From the IMG/VR virus record IMGVR_UViG_3300021083_000196, positions 3,377 to 67,376 of that record: a stretch of 64,000 bases of DNA. The stretch is one strand, 5' to 3'. Positions 19,581 through 30,617 of this stretch are shown here, piece by piece. The notes beneath the pieces are model-generated. The model saw nothing but the letters and a program-made list of their open reading frames with translations. It ran no database searches and was not told the origin of the DNA. The position numbers and the translations under genes were made by a program. This DNA is from a virus. Each line of letters opens with the position of its first letter. The first letter of the stretch is position 1.

Positions 19581-20903
19581 ATGTCATCACAGAACTCGCA
19601 GCAGTTGAGAGATGAAAACGGATTTATTACCGTTGAGCGTAATCCTATTTCCCGCGTTGGCGTATTCCCCTATTACGGACGTAACATCTCCGAAGAATGC
19701 GAACCGGACAGAATTTATAACGTGCTGCGCCCAGCCGAAGAACTGGCTGATCCTGAAGCTATGAAAAGCTTCGAGTTGATTCCTCTGGTAGACGATCACA
19801 CCATGCTCGGCGGCAGCTTTACCCCCGCCGAAGAAAAAGGTGTCCAAGGCACAACCGGTGAACGCCTCGCATTCGAAGACGGGATTCTTTACGCGCCACT
19901 CAAAATTTTCTCCGAAACACTGAAACGCCTGATCGCTAAGGGAAAGAAAGAATTGTCCCTCGGATACCGTGTCGGGCAATGGGAAAAGAAAAGCGGCATT
20001 TTTAATGGTCAAGCTTATGAATTTATTCAACGCCAACTTCGTGGCAACCACATCGCATTAGTCGATCAGGGCCGTATGGGCCCCGCAATAGCAGTGCTCG
20101 ATCACGCCTATGCCTGCGATGCTTTTGATTTAAATATCACCGATAAAATGATCTCAGAGAACGTAAGCGCAAGCAAAACGGAAAGCCAATCCGATGCTGC
20201 GGAAGACAACAAGGCAACTGATTCAACCGACAAAAAAGGAGCAAATGATATGGCTGAAGAAAAAGTCGAAGAAAAGAAAGGTGCAAGTCTCGATGACATG
20301 CACAAGTTTATGAAAGACAACCTCCCGATGCTGAAAAAGATCGGCGACATGCTGGAAGAACACAGCAAAAAAGATGGTGAAACAGAAGTCGAAGGCAACA
20401 AAGCCGAAGACGCTGACACCAAGGAAAAAACAGGCGAGCAAGAAGATGCCGCTGAGGAAAAAGAAGATAAGGCTAAGGACTCGGCTGAAGAAAAAGAAAA
20501 AGCCAAGGACGCCTCCGAAGAGAAGAAGGACAAGGAAGCCATGGACTCAATCAACAAACGCCTCGCTGCTATGGATAGCATGGAAAAACGCCTCGCTGCT
20601 GTTGAAGGCCGTGGCACCAAAGAAATCCTCGCTGACCTCTCTAATCGCGACAAGCTTGTCGCTAAAGTAACCCCGCACATCGGTACATTCGATCACTCAC
20701 TGATGGCTGGTGCAGATGAGGTCGCATCTTATGCCCTCGAAAAGCTTGGCAAGAAAGCTGCAAAAGGTACCGAGAGCGTAGTTCTTGATGCCTATCTTGA
20801 CGGACTGAACGCGGCTAAACCCCGCATCGGTTTCGCTATCGACTCAAAGAAATCAACGAGTGGCAGCGATCTTCTCGCTAAAACTCTCGCAGACAGCAAG
20901 TAA
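19581..20903 (+). CDS. DUF2213 prohead protease/scaffold protein
   Basis: [29 protein letters not shown]; charged C-terminal scaffold. Confidence 0.88.
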   Translation: MSSQNSQQLRDENGFITVERNPISRVGVFPYYGRNISEECEPDRIYNVLRPAEELADPEAMKSFELIPLVDDHTMLGGSFTPAEEKGVQGTTGERLAFEDGILYAPLKIFSETLKRLIAKGKKELSLGYRVGQWEKKSGIFNGQAYEFIQRQLRGNHIALVDQGRMGPAIAVLDHAYACDAFDLNITDKMISENVSASKTESQSDAAEDNKATDSTDKKGANDMAEEKVEEKKGASLDDMHKFMKDNLPMLKKIGDMLEEHSKKDGETEVEGNKAEDADTKEKTGEQEDAAEEKEDKAKDSAEEKEKAKDASEEKKDKEAMDSINKRLAAMDSMEKRLAAVEGRGTKEILADLSNRDKLVAKVTPHIGTFDHSLMAGADEVASYALEKLGKKAAKGTESVVLDAYLDGLNAAKPRIGFAIDSKKSTSGSDLLAKTLADSK

Positions 20904-20914
20904 GGGGAAATAAT

Positions 20915-21907
20915 ATGAGCGGTTTTCAACAAGTAGTAAACATCTATAACGCAATGGGTATCGTCGGTGACGTTGCATTCACCGATGGTGGAGAACGTGC
21001 ACAGGGGTTCAACCTGTTCTCGAACGGCGTGCCGAACCTGTTCGGTAATTACTTCACCCTGACATCAGGCGCAACTGCCGAACCGGCTGGAGCTGCTCCT
21101 AACGGCGCAACTGCACAAGTCGGCGGCACCGGCCAACTTGGCGGTATCCTGACTGGTATCAAGCAGAATGCACTGTACGGTACCGCAGTGGTCGGCGGTC
21201 AACTCAATGCTTCATTGGCACTTCCCGATAATACGGTTGGCCAACTGATGTCTCGCGGTTTCCCGTTCGTAAGCCTGCCGGGTCCTGCTAATCCGGGCGA
21301 CCTTGTAACGTATGACCCGCTGACTGGTAACCTGAACAGCATCACCCCGACGACAACCTTCACGGGCTCTATCGCTCCCGGCGGTTCTGCTGGTACACCG
21401 GACGTTCTGACCGTATCGGCTATCACAGCCGGTTCAATTCAGGTCGGCGCGGTTATCTCCGGTGCTGGTGTAGATGGCGGTACGACTGTTATCTCAGTCG
21501 GTACAGGCCTTGACGGCACAGGTACTTACAACCTGAGCACGATCAATCTGCAAACGGTTGCTTCCGAAGCAATGACTTGCAACAACCTTCCAGCACCTGC
21601 ATTCGCGGTATCGTCTGGTTACATCTCAGGTACGACACTGACTGTAACAACCGTTACCTCGGGTGAACTGGCAATCGGCCAACAAGTATTTGGCACCGGT
21701 GTTCTTCCGAACACTGTCATCACCGCGATCCTTACCGGTCACGGCGGAGCTGGTACTTACACAGTAAACAACAGCCAAACGGTATTTAGCTCCGGTACAC
21801 CCGGTGCTTTCACCGGGCCTAAAAACCTCTTCGTACCGCGCACGACCGTATACCTGTATCAGTCCGATACAGCCGGTGGTGTTGCAGTCATTAAAATGGA
21901 CAATTAA
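20915..21907 (+). CDS. head decoration/cement protein with duplicated insertion domain
   Basis: Lies between scaffold and MCP; two LTV...G...GTG..GTY repeats. Confidence 0.7.
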   Translation: MSGFQQVVNIYNAMGIVGDVAFTDGGERAQGFNLFSNGVPNLFGNYFTLTSGATAEPAGAAPNGATAQVGGTGQLGGILTGIKQNALYGTAVVGGQLNASLALPDNTVGQLMSRGFPFVSLPGPANPGDLVTYDPLTGNLNSITPTTTFTGSIAPGGSAGTPDVLTVSAITAGSIQVGAVISGAGVDGGTTVISVGTGLDGTGTYNLSTINLQTVASEAMTCNNLPAPAFAVSSGYISGTTLTVTTVTSGELAIGQQVFGTGVLPNTVITAILTGHGGAGTYTVNNSQTVFSSGTPGAFTGPKNLFVPRTTVYLYQSDTAGGVAVIKMDN

Positions 21908-21915
21908 GGAGAATT

Positions 21916-23079
21916 ATGATGCAAAAAGAAATCTCTCAAGTACGCGCTAGTTTCAGCCCGCAAAGCTTCTCTAAGGTTGGACAATGGGAAGTCGGCAAGC
22001 ACTACGCAATGGACGCAACTCTTGATCAAACGCTTGATGCTCTTGGCATCGGCTTCGCTCCGGGCGTTCTCGATGAAATGAACCGCGCCTATCAATCGCG
22101 CATGTTCAATCTCGCGATGGATGCTGGCACGATCCAGCAACCTCTGACTGCACCATCTCTCGCGGCACCGATCCAGTTCCTCCAGAACTGGCTGCCCGGT
22201 ATCGTAACTATCTTCACCGCCGCTCGCAAGATCGATGAAATAATCGGCATTGATTCGATCGGTACATGGGAAGATGTAGAGATCGTTCAACAGATCCTCG
22301 AAATGACTGGCTCACCGGTTCCTTATTCCGACGCTGGTAACATCCCGCTCACCGATTGGAACCAAAACTTCCAAACCCGTACCGTTGTTCGTAACGAACT
22401 CGGTATGCATGTCGGCAAGCTGGAGCAAGCTACATCAGCCCGCGTCCGCGTTGATAGCGGCGATCAGAAACGTACATCTTGCGCTATCCAGCTTGAGATC
22501 GCACGTAACCAGATCGGCTTCTACGGTTACAACGCTGGCAACAACCAGACATATGGCTTCTTGACCGATCCTAACCTGTCGGCATATGTCACTGTCGCTA
22601 CCGGCGCAGTTTCTGGATCAAAACTTTGGTCAGCTAAGACGTTCCTCGAAATCCAGTCTGACTTGCTGACTGCTTTCGCTACGCTCCGCACGCAGACCCA
22701 AGGTGTTGTTGACCCGCGCAAAACTCCTTGCACTCTGACAGTTCCGACGAACAGCATCGATTACCTGATGAGAACGTCTGACTTCAACATCTCGCCTATG
22801 CAATGGCTCAAGGAAAACTACCCTAACACCCGTGTTGTCGACGCCGTTCAATTCGACAATGCCAACTCAGGTGCCAACGTCTTCAACATCCATGCTGATG
22901 TTATCGACGATGGTCAATCAACCGATAACCGCAAGACATGGATGCAGATCGTTCCTGCAAAATTGCAATTCCTCGGTGTTGCAATCCAAGCCAAGGGTTA
23001 TGAGGAAGATTACGTGAGCGTTTCTGCTGGTGCGCTGTGTAAGCGTCCAGTGGCGATGGTTCGCTTCACCGGTATCTAA
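21916..23079 (+). CDS. major capsid protein (DUF2184-like)
   Basis: PIQFLQNWLPG, ARKIDE, RNQIGFYG...YGFLTDPNL. Confidence 0.9.
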   Translation: MMQKEISQVRASFSPQSFSKVGQWEVGKHYAMDATLDQTLDALGIGFAPGVLDEMNRAYQSRMFNLAMDAGTIQQPLTAPSLAAPIQFLQNWLPGIVTIFTAARKIDEIIGIDSIGTWEDVEIVQQILEMTGSPVPYSDAGNIPLTDWNQNFQTRTVVRNELGMHVGKLEQATSARVRVDSGDQKRTSCAIQLEIARNQIGFYGYNAGNNQTYGFLTDPNLSAYVTVATGAVSGSKLWSAKTFLEIQSDLLTAFATLRTQTQGVVDPRKTPCTLTVPTNSIDYLMRTSDFNISPMQWLKENYPNTRVVDAVQFDNANSGANVFNIHADVIDDGQSTDNRKTWMQIVPAKLQFLGVAIQAKGYEEDYVSVSAGALCKRPVAMVRFTGI

Positions 23080-23111
23080 TTCTAAAACCTAACAACTGAA
23101 AGGAGACTAAT

Positions 23112-23528
23112 ATGCCTTATATCGTAAGCACCCACTCTTCCGATGTCGAGTATGTTAACTGGATTACCAATAAAGACGGCGGTGTTAATGTTAGAAAAGA
23201 GATTTCTAACGGTAAAACCGGTGTTGTTGTTCTCGGAGGCCACGGTGTCGCACAAAAAAGCGGTACTCGTGGCATCTACACCCCAGATGGTGTCATTACT
23301 AAAGTAACCGATGATGAACTAGCGTTCCTCGAATCCGACGAAACATTTAAGAGACATAAGGCAGCTGGCGGCGTAAAAGTCGTTCGTAGCAAGCCTGATG
23401 CTTCTGAAGTGGCAAAGGACATGGCCGTAAGCAAGGATACCCCGCTGACCGCCAAGGACTTTGAAAAAGGTGGTCGAGTTTCTACGCAAGATCGCATCAA
23501 GGTTAATGGTGGAAGAGCTCTGCAGTGA
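23112..23528 (+). CDS. virion-associated hypothetical protein
   Basis: Directly after the MCP gene; strong SD. Confidence 0.7.
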   Translation: MPYIVSTHSSDVEYVNWITNKDGGVNVRKEISNGKTGVVVLGGHGVAQKSGTRGIYTPDGVITKVTDDELAFLESDETFKRHKAAGGVKVVRSKPDASEVAKDMAVSKDTPLTAKDFEKGGRVSTQDRIKVNGGRALQ

Positions 23529-23947
23529 CATGCATACAGTTCAATTACGCAACGTTTGTTCAATACTACCAACAGTTTAAAAACTCTGTTGCGTGGCCTG
23601 AACAAACGTTGCAATTGTACTGGGACGATGCCACCACAATTGTTTCAAATAACACTTGCTCTCAGGGTCTGACAGTTAAACAGCGTACACGTGCCCTGAA
23701 CCTGATGACAGCCCATCTTGCGGTCCTGAATGGTCAAGCCATTTCAGGAGAACAGACGGGTCTCGTTCAGGGAGCGACGATCGATAAGATATCTGTACAG
23801 CTCACCCCGCCTCCAGAAACTAATCAATGGCAATGGTGGCTGAACCAGACTCCTTACGGTCAACAGTATCTGGCTCTGATGCAAGTCGTTTCCGTTGGAG
23901 GCTTCTACATCAACGGTTTCCCAACAACTTATACTTTAAGGAGATGA
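23525..23947 (+). CDS. DUF4054 head-tail adaptor
   Basis: LMTAHL...WLNQTPYGQQYLAL. Confidence 0.85.
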   Translation: MTCIQFNYATFVQYYQQFKNSVAWPEQTLQLYWDDATTIVSNNTCSQGLTVKQRTRALNLMTAHLAVLNGQAISGEQTGLVQGATIDKISVQLTPPPETNQWQWWLNQTPYGQQYLALMQVVSVGGFYINGFPTTYTLRR

Positions 23948-23950
23948 GCA

Positions 23951-24502
23951 ATGGTCGATATCCATCGCAGCAATCCGCGAGTATTCGAACAGATGGATGT
24001 TCGCTTTAAAGAGTTGCAGGAATGGGACGGCATCACAGGCTGGCCCGAAGATAACCGCTATCCCGCTGGTCAACAGGTCGCTTATATCGCGCAAATCCAA
24101 GAGTTTGGACACGGCAAAATTCCGCCGCGTCCTTTCATGAGACCCGCTGTAGACAAGAACAAGTCGAAGTGGTTTGACTATGCAGCATTTCAGGCCCAGC
24201 GCATTATCGATGGCCACACAGACGGCAAGACTGCGATGACGAAGCTCGCCAAACTGGCTGCTGAAGATGTTCAGGAATCCATGAATGCCGTCAAGTCTCC
24301 GCCACTGAGCGACATCACGCTTTGGGCACGCTACTATCGCAAGGTCCTGAAGCGTCCGGTGACCGGCGCGACAATCGGTGAAATTGCGGGCAAGCTTAAA
24401 TCCGGTGAATTAAAGGGTATGCCTCCAAGCATCAGCGACAAGCCATTGATCGACACCGAGCAGATGTTCCTCGGCATCGTCGGAGAGGCGGTGCAGTCAT
24501 GA
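23951..24502 (+). CDS. neck/tail completion protein
   Basis: IQEFG..KIPPRPFMRP...KPLIDT. Confidence 0.8.
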   Translation: MVDIHRSNPRVFEQMDVRFKELQEWDGITGWPEDNRYPAGQQVAYIAQIQEFGHGKIPPRPFMRPAVDKNKSKWFDYAAFQAQRIIDGHTDGKTAMTKLAKLAAEDVQESMNAVKSPPLSDITLWARYYRKVLKRPVTGATIGEIAGKLKSGELKGMPPSISDKPLIDTEQMFLGIVGEAVQS

Positions 24503-24867
24503 TCCCCGGTGGAAATCTCTTAGCCGTTGCTGCACGTGTCATCGCACAACAGTCATTCCTGTATTTCCCTTACGTGACAAGAAATCTAATGCCGAACGGT
24601 CTGTGGTCAACTACATACGCGACCGGCCAACAGATTAAGGGCAGTGCACAACCAGTCGCAAGAAATCTCTATGCCAATTTAGGCCTAGATTTTCAGAAGC
24701 TTTACTACAATTTCTATGTCCAACAAAACGTCTTCGACATCACAAGAGATATCGCAGGCGATCAGTTTGAGTTTCAAGGCAAAAACTTCCAGATCATCTC
24801 GAAGACGCCTTGGCACGGAATTGATGGATGGGATCAAGTTCTATGTATTCATGTACCGAAATATTAA
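24499..24867 (+). CDS. head-tail connector/closure protein
   Basis: MIPGGNLL..A...GS.QPV...W..IDGW; synteny. Confidence 0.7.
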   Translation: MIPGGNLLAVAARVIAQQSFLYFPYVTRNLMPNGLWSTTYATGQQIKGSAQPVARNLYANLGLDFQKLYYNFYVQQNVFDITRDIAGDQFEFQGKNFQIISKTPWHGIDGWDQVLCIHVPKY

Positions 24868-24878
24868 GGGAGATTTAA

Positions 24879-25175
24879 ATGGCTTATAATCAAGCAAGCG
24901 ATATCTACGCACAGAGATCAACAGAAGTAATCTCTCAGGCTCGCAATGCGGCTCTGCTCGTTCCAAGCGATATCGCAGACCTTACACCATACGCAAAAGG
25001 TCTGCTCGTCACAGCTACCGGCACATTGACCGTTTTGCCGATCCTTGCCTATGCAGGCGGCAGCACGACGCCGGTATCTCTGGGTACCATCGCAGCAGGC
25101 ACCTTCGTTCCAGTTCAAGTCGCTCGCGTTTTCGCGACCGGCACATCGGCAACAGTAGTGGGGTTATTTAACTAA
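24879..25175 (+). CDS. head spike base protein, RcGTA Rcc01079-like
   Basis: PSD..DL....KGL.V...G.L.V...G..VPVQV.RV.ATGT.A. Confidence 0.75.
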   Translation: MAYNQASDIYAQRSTEVISQARNAALLVPSDIADLTPYAKGLLVTATGTLTVLPILAYAGGSTTPVSLGTIAAGTFVPVQVARVFATGTSATVVGLFN

Positions 25176-25876
25176 TGGCTAATACAAAACTCAGTCAGAT
25201 CACAAGCGGTGGCGCAACCGCAGGGGCAACAGATACGGTTGTAGCGGTCCGCACCATTTCAGGAACTCCTTCGGATGTTCTCGTTACTCCGGTGGCTCTC
25301 GATACCGCGCAATCATGGGCGGCCATCCAGACGTTCATCAACAGCGGCATCAGACTCACTGGATCATCAACAGGTTACACAACCTTCACATCGCAGAACG
25401 CAAGCGCGACGAACTACACTTACACCCTTCCAGCTATAACAGGCGTTGTCAGCGTATTAACGGCACCTGTGTCCGTTGGTTCCGCTACAACAGCGGTTCT
25501 TGGTGGAAAATATGCCCTTAATACCGCTGCGGGATCAGTGCTGACACTTCCAGCAGCCACCGGTAGCGGGCGCACCATTGAGGTTGGAGTCACAGTTGCG
25601 ACAACGAGCGGTGCTCACAAAATTCTTTCTAACTCGTCATCCGATTTCATGATCGGAACATCTCTTGGCCAGCACAGCAATACGCCACTGATGTTCCAAT
25701 CACCGTCGGCGACAAACCACTCGATACAGATGCCATTTACCGGCACTCAACCGAGTGGCGGACTTGTCGGCGACCTCTACACACTGATCGACTTCGCTGC
25801 CAACCTCTGGCTGGTTAGCGGATTCTTCAGCGCAGGCACTACACCAACAACTCCATTCTCGGCAGCTAATACGTAA
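25175..25876 (+). CDS. head fibre/spike protein (putative)
   Basis: Thr/Ser/Gly-rich, LTLPAATGSG; follows the spike base. Confidence 0.55.
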   Translation: MANTKLSQITSGGATAGATDTVVAVRTISGTPSDVLVTPVALDTAQSWAAIQTFINSGIRLTGSSTGYTTFTSQNASATNYTYTLPAITGVVSVLTAPVSVGSATTAVLGGKYALNTAAGSVLTLPAATGSGRTIEVGVTVATTSGAHKILSNSSSDFMIGTSLGQHSNTPLMFQSPSATNHSIQMPFTGTQPSGGLVGDLYTLIDFAANLWLVSGFFSAGTTPTTPFSAANT

Positions 25877-26415
25877 TGTTAGATAACCCGCTCATCACTC
25901 TCCTGATCGCCACTATCATCGCAGGTGAAGCCGTAGCGGGTATTGCAGGCACGCCTATACAACAGGCGTTCCAGCCGACGCAGCAAGGTGTCCCGTTCGA
26001 GCCGTATGCGTTCATGTATAAAGTAGATGACAAGCCGCTGGGTCACACCGAAAGAAGTGACAAATACAATTCTGATACCGGCATCATTGTCCATACAGAG
26101 ACTCAAGATTACGAGACAAGAATGCAGATCAGTGCCCTTTCTATACAGGACCCTGATAACCAAACCCAATACACGGCAAGCGATATCCTCAACTTGATCC
26201 GTTCAATATTGCAGTCCGACGCGACAATCCAGACCCTTGAACAACAAGGAGTCGGGATGCTTAGAGTCGAGCAAGTCCGTAATGCTTCGTTTAACAATGA
26301 CTTCGGACGCAATGAATACAGTCCATCTCTGGATTTTATTGTCCAACACAAACAGATAATCACCTCAGCGGCCCCGATAGTCGAGTCCGTCGAAATTCAA
26401 CTTGATAGAGTTTAA
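25876..26415 (+). CDS. tail terminator/neck protein
   Basis: QPTQQG motif; immediately upstream of the sheath. Confidence 0.7.
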   Translation: MLDNPLITLLIATIIAGEAVAGIAGTPIQQAFQPTQQGVPFEPYAFMYKVDDKPLGHTERSDKYNSDTGIIVHTETQDYETRMQISALSIQDPDNQTQYTASDILNLIRSILQSDATIQTLEQQGVGMLRVEQVRNASFNNDFGRNEYSPSLDFIVQHKQIITSAAPIVESVEIQLDRV

Positions 26416-26427
26416 AGGAGAAAATAA

Positions 26428-27942
26428 ATGCCTATCTCAATTCAAAAATACGTAGACATCACAAGCGGCGTTGGTGCCGCGAACAATGTCGGTACCCGTC
26501 AACTCATCGGTCGTCTTTTTGATGACAATGCGCTGATCCCGTCAAACGCTCAGGTGACGTTCAATAACGCTGCCGAAGTTCTTTCATACTTCGGTGCCGG
26601 TTCTGAATATAGCCGCGCTCTGCAATACTTCGGATGGGTGAGCAAAAACATCACTTCTCCGGAAGCCCTTTCTTTCGCCCGCTGGAACAGCGTCGCCTGC
26701 GCTCCAGTAATCTTTGGTGCTAAAGGTGCTCAAACGCTGGCGAGCTGGACATCGATTACTAGCGGTGCCTTCCATCTTACAATGGGGTCTGAAACGAACA
26801 GCTTTACTGGCCTCAACTTCAGCAGTGCCGGTTCCCTCTCTGGTGTTGCCTCTGTTATCCAAACGGCAATCAACGCCATTTCAGCAGGTGGTGCCCTGTG
26901 GACGGGCGCAACCGTAACATGGGATGCGACTAACCAACGCTTTGATCTCGTCGGCGGCACAACTGGAACGGCTGCTATTAGCGTTGCTGCCGGTACTTCT
27001 CCGAATGATATTGCCAGCCAGCTTGGCTGGTTATCAGCCTCAACGATCCTTGGCCCAGGTGCTCCTGTCCAAACACTGACACAGTGCTTGACACAATCTG
27101 CGGCGGCTAACAACAACTTCGGCAGCTTTGAGTTCATCGGCGGTTCTTCGTTCACACTTTCACAAGCAGAAGAAATTGCGAATTGGAACGTGGCACAGAA
27201 CGTCATGTACATTTATTGCTTGCCTGTCATTGCAGCTAATGCTTCGGCATGGGAAGCTGCTCTAGGTACAACAGGCGGCATTGCCCCGACTCTTGATCCG
27301 CAAATCAGTGGTCAATATCACTCCATGATTCCGATGATGATCTTGGCAGCCACGGATTATGCTGCTGCGAATTCGACACAAAACTACATGTATCAGGTCA
27401 TTCCCAGCCTGACAGCATCAGTTACCGATGATGCAGACTCAAACACCTATGATGCTCTGAGCATCAACTACTACGGTAATACCCAAACCGCAGGACAAAT
27501 CATCAGCTTCTATCAACGCGGCGTCATGTGGGGTGCTTCGACTGATCCTCTTGATCAGAATACCTACGCCAACGAAATCTGGCTCAAGGATGCTCTGGGC
27601 GCGGCCCTGATGACCCTTCTGCTGGCTCTCGGTAAAGTCTCGGCGAACACAGCAGGACAGGCGCAAATCCTGAACATCATGCAGGGTGTTGTCAATCAGG
27701 CCCTGTTCAATGGCACCATCAGCGTCGGCAAGGTTCTGACTCCTGTTCAGCAACTTTACATCACCCAGATCACGGATGATGTCAACGCATGGAAACAAGT
27801 TCAGAACATTGGTTACTGGCTGGGCATCAATTTTGTCCCGACTGTTGTCAATGGTCAAAACGAGTTCACAGCAGTTTACACACTGCTTTACAGCAAAGAC
27901 GATGTTATCCGTCAAATCACTGGCAGCGACATCTTAATTTAA
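26428..27942 (+). CDS. contractile tail sheath (DUF3383-like)
   Basis: YV.ITSGVG, YFGWVSK, NYYGNTQTAG..FYQRG, YANEIWLK, YSKDD.IR. Confidence 0.9.
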   Translation: MPISIQKYVDITSGVGAANNVGTRQLIGRLFDDNALIPSNAQVTFNNAAEVLSYFGAGSEYSRALQYFGWVSKNITSPEALSFARWNSVACAPVIFGAKGAQTLASWTSITSGAFHLTMGSETNSFTGLNFSSAGSLSGVASVIQTAINAISAGGALWTGATVTWDATNQRFDLVGGTTGTAAISVAAGTSPNDIASQLGWLSASTILGPGAPVQTLTQCLTQSAAANNNFGSFEFIGGSSFTLSQAEEIANWNVAQNVMYIYCLPVIAANASAWEAALGTTGGIAPTLDPQISGQYHSMIPMMILAATDYAAANSTQNYMYQVIPSLTASVTDDADSNTYDALSINYYGNTQTAGQIISFYQRGVMWGASTDPLDQNTYANEIWLKDALGAALMTLLLALGKVSANTAGQAQILNIMQGVVNQALFNGTISVGKVLTPVQQLYITQITDDVNAWKQVQNIGYWLGINFVPTVVNGQNEFTAVYTLLYSKDDVIRQITGSDILI

Positions 27943-27956
27943 CGGAGGAATAAAAA

Positions 27957-28397
27957 ATGGCTAATAATGTAACAGGCTTTGGCTTCGTACTCTCCCTGAT
28001 CGCGAGCGTCACGTTTCCAGTTGGTTTTACCGTCACCCAAGCATCAGATGATGCTGATGCCGTTGACTTTCCGAGCGTAAAGTTCGGGGACGCGGCAATG
28101 GGTGTGAACGGCGATGCCATCGTATGGTCACGCGCAACCATGATCCCGATGACGGTAACTGTAATCCCAGGCAGCGATGACGATCTGAACTTGCAGGCTC
28201 TTGCCAAGGCAAATCGCGTCTCTCAAGGGAAAAACGGTGCCAACGATATCATCACCGCCAACCTTGTCTATCCAGACAAGAGCGTTGCAAGCCTCGGAAA
28301 TGGCGTCATCACTGATGCTCAGTTCGGCAAGGGTATCGGCAGCAATGGTCGTCTGAAAACCCACACTTACAACTTTATGTTCGGAACTGTGAACTAA
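27957..28397 (+). CDS. tail tube protein
   Basis: Follows the sheath; ASVTFPVGF...MGVNGD...GRLKT..Y.F. Confidence 0.8.
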   Translation: MANNVTGFGFVLSLIASVTFPVGFTVTQASDDADAVDFPSVKFGDAAMGVNGDAIVWSRATMIPMTVTVIPGSDDDLNLQALAKANRVSQGKNGANDIITANLVYPDKSVASLGNGVITDAQFGKGIGSNGRLKTHTYNFMFGTVN

Positions 28398-28426
28398 TCT
28401 ACGGCACTAACTGAAAGGCGAAAATA

Positions 28427-28870
28427 ATGTCAGACGATATAAAACTTATCAAACCGGAGCCATTCATCCTGCAGGACGAGAACGGAAAGGATATTAAATT
28501 TATCCTTTCCAACTTTCCGGCAGTTGAAGGTGTCGAAATCGTGAGCACGTTCCCGATGTCGGCACTTCCAAAGATTGGCGATCTTGCGATGTTCCAAGGC
28601 GTAATGCTGAAGATCATGGGATATGTTGCCGTCGAAAGTAATGGTGTCCAGATCAGATTATCGACCAAGGATCTGGTCAACAACCACTGCCAAGACTGGG
28701 AAACGTATATCAAAGTGATATGGAAGATGATGGAAAAAAATTGCAGTTTTTTTCGAGATGGGAGGGGTTGCGATTTCTTCGAAAGTCTAACACAGATGAT
28801 TCTGCGGAAGATTTCAGAAACGTTAATCCGCTTATCGGAACAATCATCTCCCACGGAAAAGCAACCTTAA
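28427..28870 (+). CDS. tail assembly chaperone
   Basis: Between tube and tape measure; contains slippery heptamers. Confidence 0.75.
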   Translation: MSDDIKLIKPEPFILQDENGKDIKFILSNFPAVEGVEIVSTFPMSALPKIGDLAMFQGVMLKIMGYVAVESNGVQIRLSTKDLVNNHCQDWETYIKVIWKMMEKNCSFFRDGRGCDFFESLTQMILRKISETLIRLSEQSSPTEKQP

Positions 28871-28980
28871 AAGAGCTTCGAATCGATTACGATATGGAGG
28901 ATGCCTTGGTGCTGTGGGAAACGATCGTTATACCGCAATATAACCAAGCCATGGCAGCCAAAAGGGCGGCGAATAAATGA
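28720..28980 (+). CDS. tail assembly chaperone extension (-1 frame)
   Basis: Overlapping -1 frame ORF ending at the tape-measure start; ATLKEL..Y..EDA..LWE. Confidence 0.6.
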   Translation: MEDDGKKLQFFSRWEGLRFLRKSNTDDSAEDFRNVNPLIGTIISHGKATLKELRIDYDMEDALVLWETIVIPQYNQAMAAKRAANK

Positions 28981-30617
28981 GTTATTTTGATGTCTTTTAT
29001 CTTCTCTTTAAGTCCAATGCTGATGATGTAATCAAAGGCAATAAGGCTGTTGAGAAATCGACAAAAGATACCGAACAGGCACTGAAGAACACAAGGGATA
29101 CCACTCAGGAAGTTGGTGCCAATTTCGTGAAGATGGCAGAGTCGGTGGGTACTGCCATCGGCGCAATCGGCGGTCTTGAGATATTAAAGACCGGTGTCAA
29201 GAACGCGATCGATCTCAATACGAATCTGAAGGTCACTGCCGAGAATTTAGGCATGACCGCGCAGCAATTGAGAACCGCGCAGGAGGCCGCCAAACAGTTC
29301 GGTGGTACCGCAGAAGAAGGTCGCGCCGACGCCATAAGAATGGCGCAGGCCAACCTGATGACCAGACAAAAAGAACGTGATCCGGCGAAGATGATGTCCA
29401 CTCTCCGTGCCTATGTCATGGGTATGCCCGAAGAAAATAGAGTGCCATTTTTGCAACAATTCGGCATTAGCTCGGCGGGTATTAGACAGTTGACTAAGGT
29501 CGGTAACGGCGAATTTAATGCCGGATGGTCCACAGCCGCTGATATCGCCAAGGGCACAAACTCGGCTGGTGATACCGCATATGCTGCAAATAAGCTTGCC
29601 AATAAAGTCGGCGGCGAACAGGACAGTTTCTTCAATAGGCTCCTGATCTCGATCTCATCACCTCTTGATGGTTTCCTTAAAAGGTTTGGCGATCTTATAA
29701 GCGGCACTGGTGCCGGTGCCGGTGCGGCTGAGGTTATTGGCGGCACCACTCTTGCCGGATGGGGCGCATCTAAGGTCATTAAAGGCCTTTTCAAAGGGGG
29801 TAAAGCTGTCAAGGCGGCAACGATAGCCGCTCGCGGTGCATCGGCTGGGGATATCATGTATGGCGGTGCTACGGCGATTGCAGAAGGTGCCACGGCTGTT
29901 GCTGGTGGCCTCGCGTTTCTCGGGGGCGGAGAAATTTTATACGGGGCCAAGAAATTATCAGATTTATGGAGTCCTTTCATCGAGGCTCAACTGGTTAAGA
30001 ATATGACCAAAGATTTAAAGATGCCCGCGAAGCCGGTCAAAACGGGAAGCGGCGGCGATCTCGGCTTCTGGATGTCGCAGGGCTACACCAAAGAACAGGC
30101 GGCAGGTATCATGGCCAACATGCAGGCGGAGAGCGGCGGCAATGCCGGATCCGTGGGCGATGGCGGCGCGGCTCATGGCCTGTTCCAGTGGCATGAAAAG
30201 CGCAGACAGGCGATCAAGGCTGGGACAGGTATCGATATCAATACGGCGAGCAAGGCTGATCAGATGAAGGCCGCCGCATGGGAAATGAAAAACGGTCATA
30301 CCGGTTTCAATGATGCTTATTTCAGAACACTTGGCGGGGCCGATCAGGCCGGTGCTTACTTCGCGACGAACTTCGAGCATCCCGCGAATGCTTTGGCAAA
30401 ATCAATTTCACGCGGCAAGAGTGCGCTCTCGATCGCTTCCAGCCTTTCGTCGGCCTCCAGCGGCCCTGTGAATGTCAAGATCGATAAAATCGAGGTCGTT
30501 ACCCAAGCGACGGATGCCAATGCTATCGCTACCGGCATCAGCGGTGCCCTTGAGAATAAAATGTATACGGCCCTCGGATTTATTGCCAGCAACGTAGACA
30601 ATGGACAAAGCAGATGA
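28977..30617 (+). CDS. tape measure protein with phage tail lysozyme domain
   Basis: Ala/Gly-rich helical; AAGIMANMQAESG...GDGGAAHGLFQW. Confidence 0.85.
   Translation: MSYFDVFYLLFKSNADDVIKGNKAVEKSTKDTEQALKNTRDTTQEVGANFVKMAESVGTAIGAIGGLEILKTGVKNAIDLNTNLKVTAENLGMTAQQLRTAQEAAKQFGGTAEEGRADAIRMAQANLMTRQKERDPAKMMSTLRAYVMGMPEENRVPFLQQFGISSAGIRQLTKVGNGEFNAGWSTAADIAKGTNSAGDTAYAANKLANKVGGEQDSFFNRLLISISSPLDGFLKRFGDLISGTGAGAGAAEVIGGTTLAGWGASKVIKGLFKGGKAVKAATIAARGASAGDIMYGGATAIAEGATAVAGGLAFLGGGEILYGAKKLSDLWSPFIEAQLVKNMTKDLKMPAKPVKTGSGGDLGFWMSQGYTKEQAAGIMANMQAESGGNAGSVGDGGAAHGLFQWHEKRRQAIKAGTGIDINTASKADQMKAAAWEMKNGHTGFNDAYFRTLGGADQAGAYFATNFEHPANALAKSISRGKSALSIASSLSSASSGPVNVKIDKIEVVTQATDANAIATGISGALENKMYTALGFIASNVDNGQSR

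Noticed and set aside
20108-30601. Long antisense ORFs across the structural genes
   Set aside because: They are expected shadows of biased codon usage on the coding strand, with no SD or recognisable motifs.
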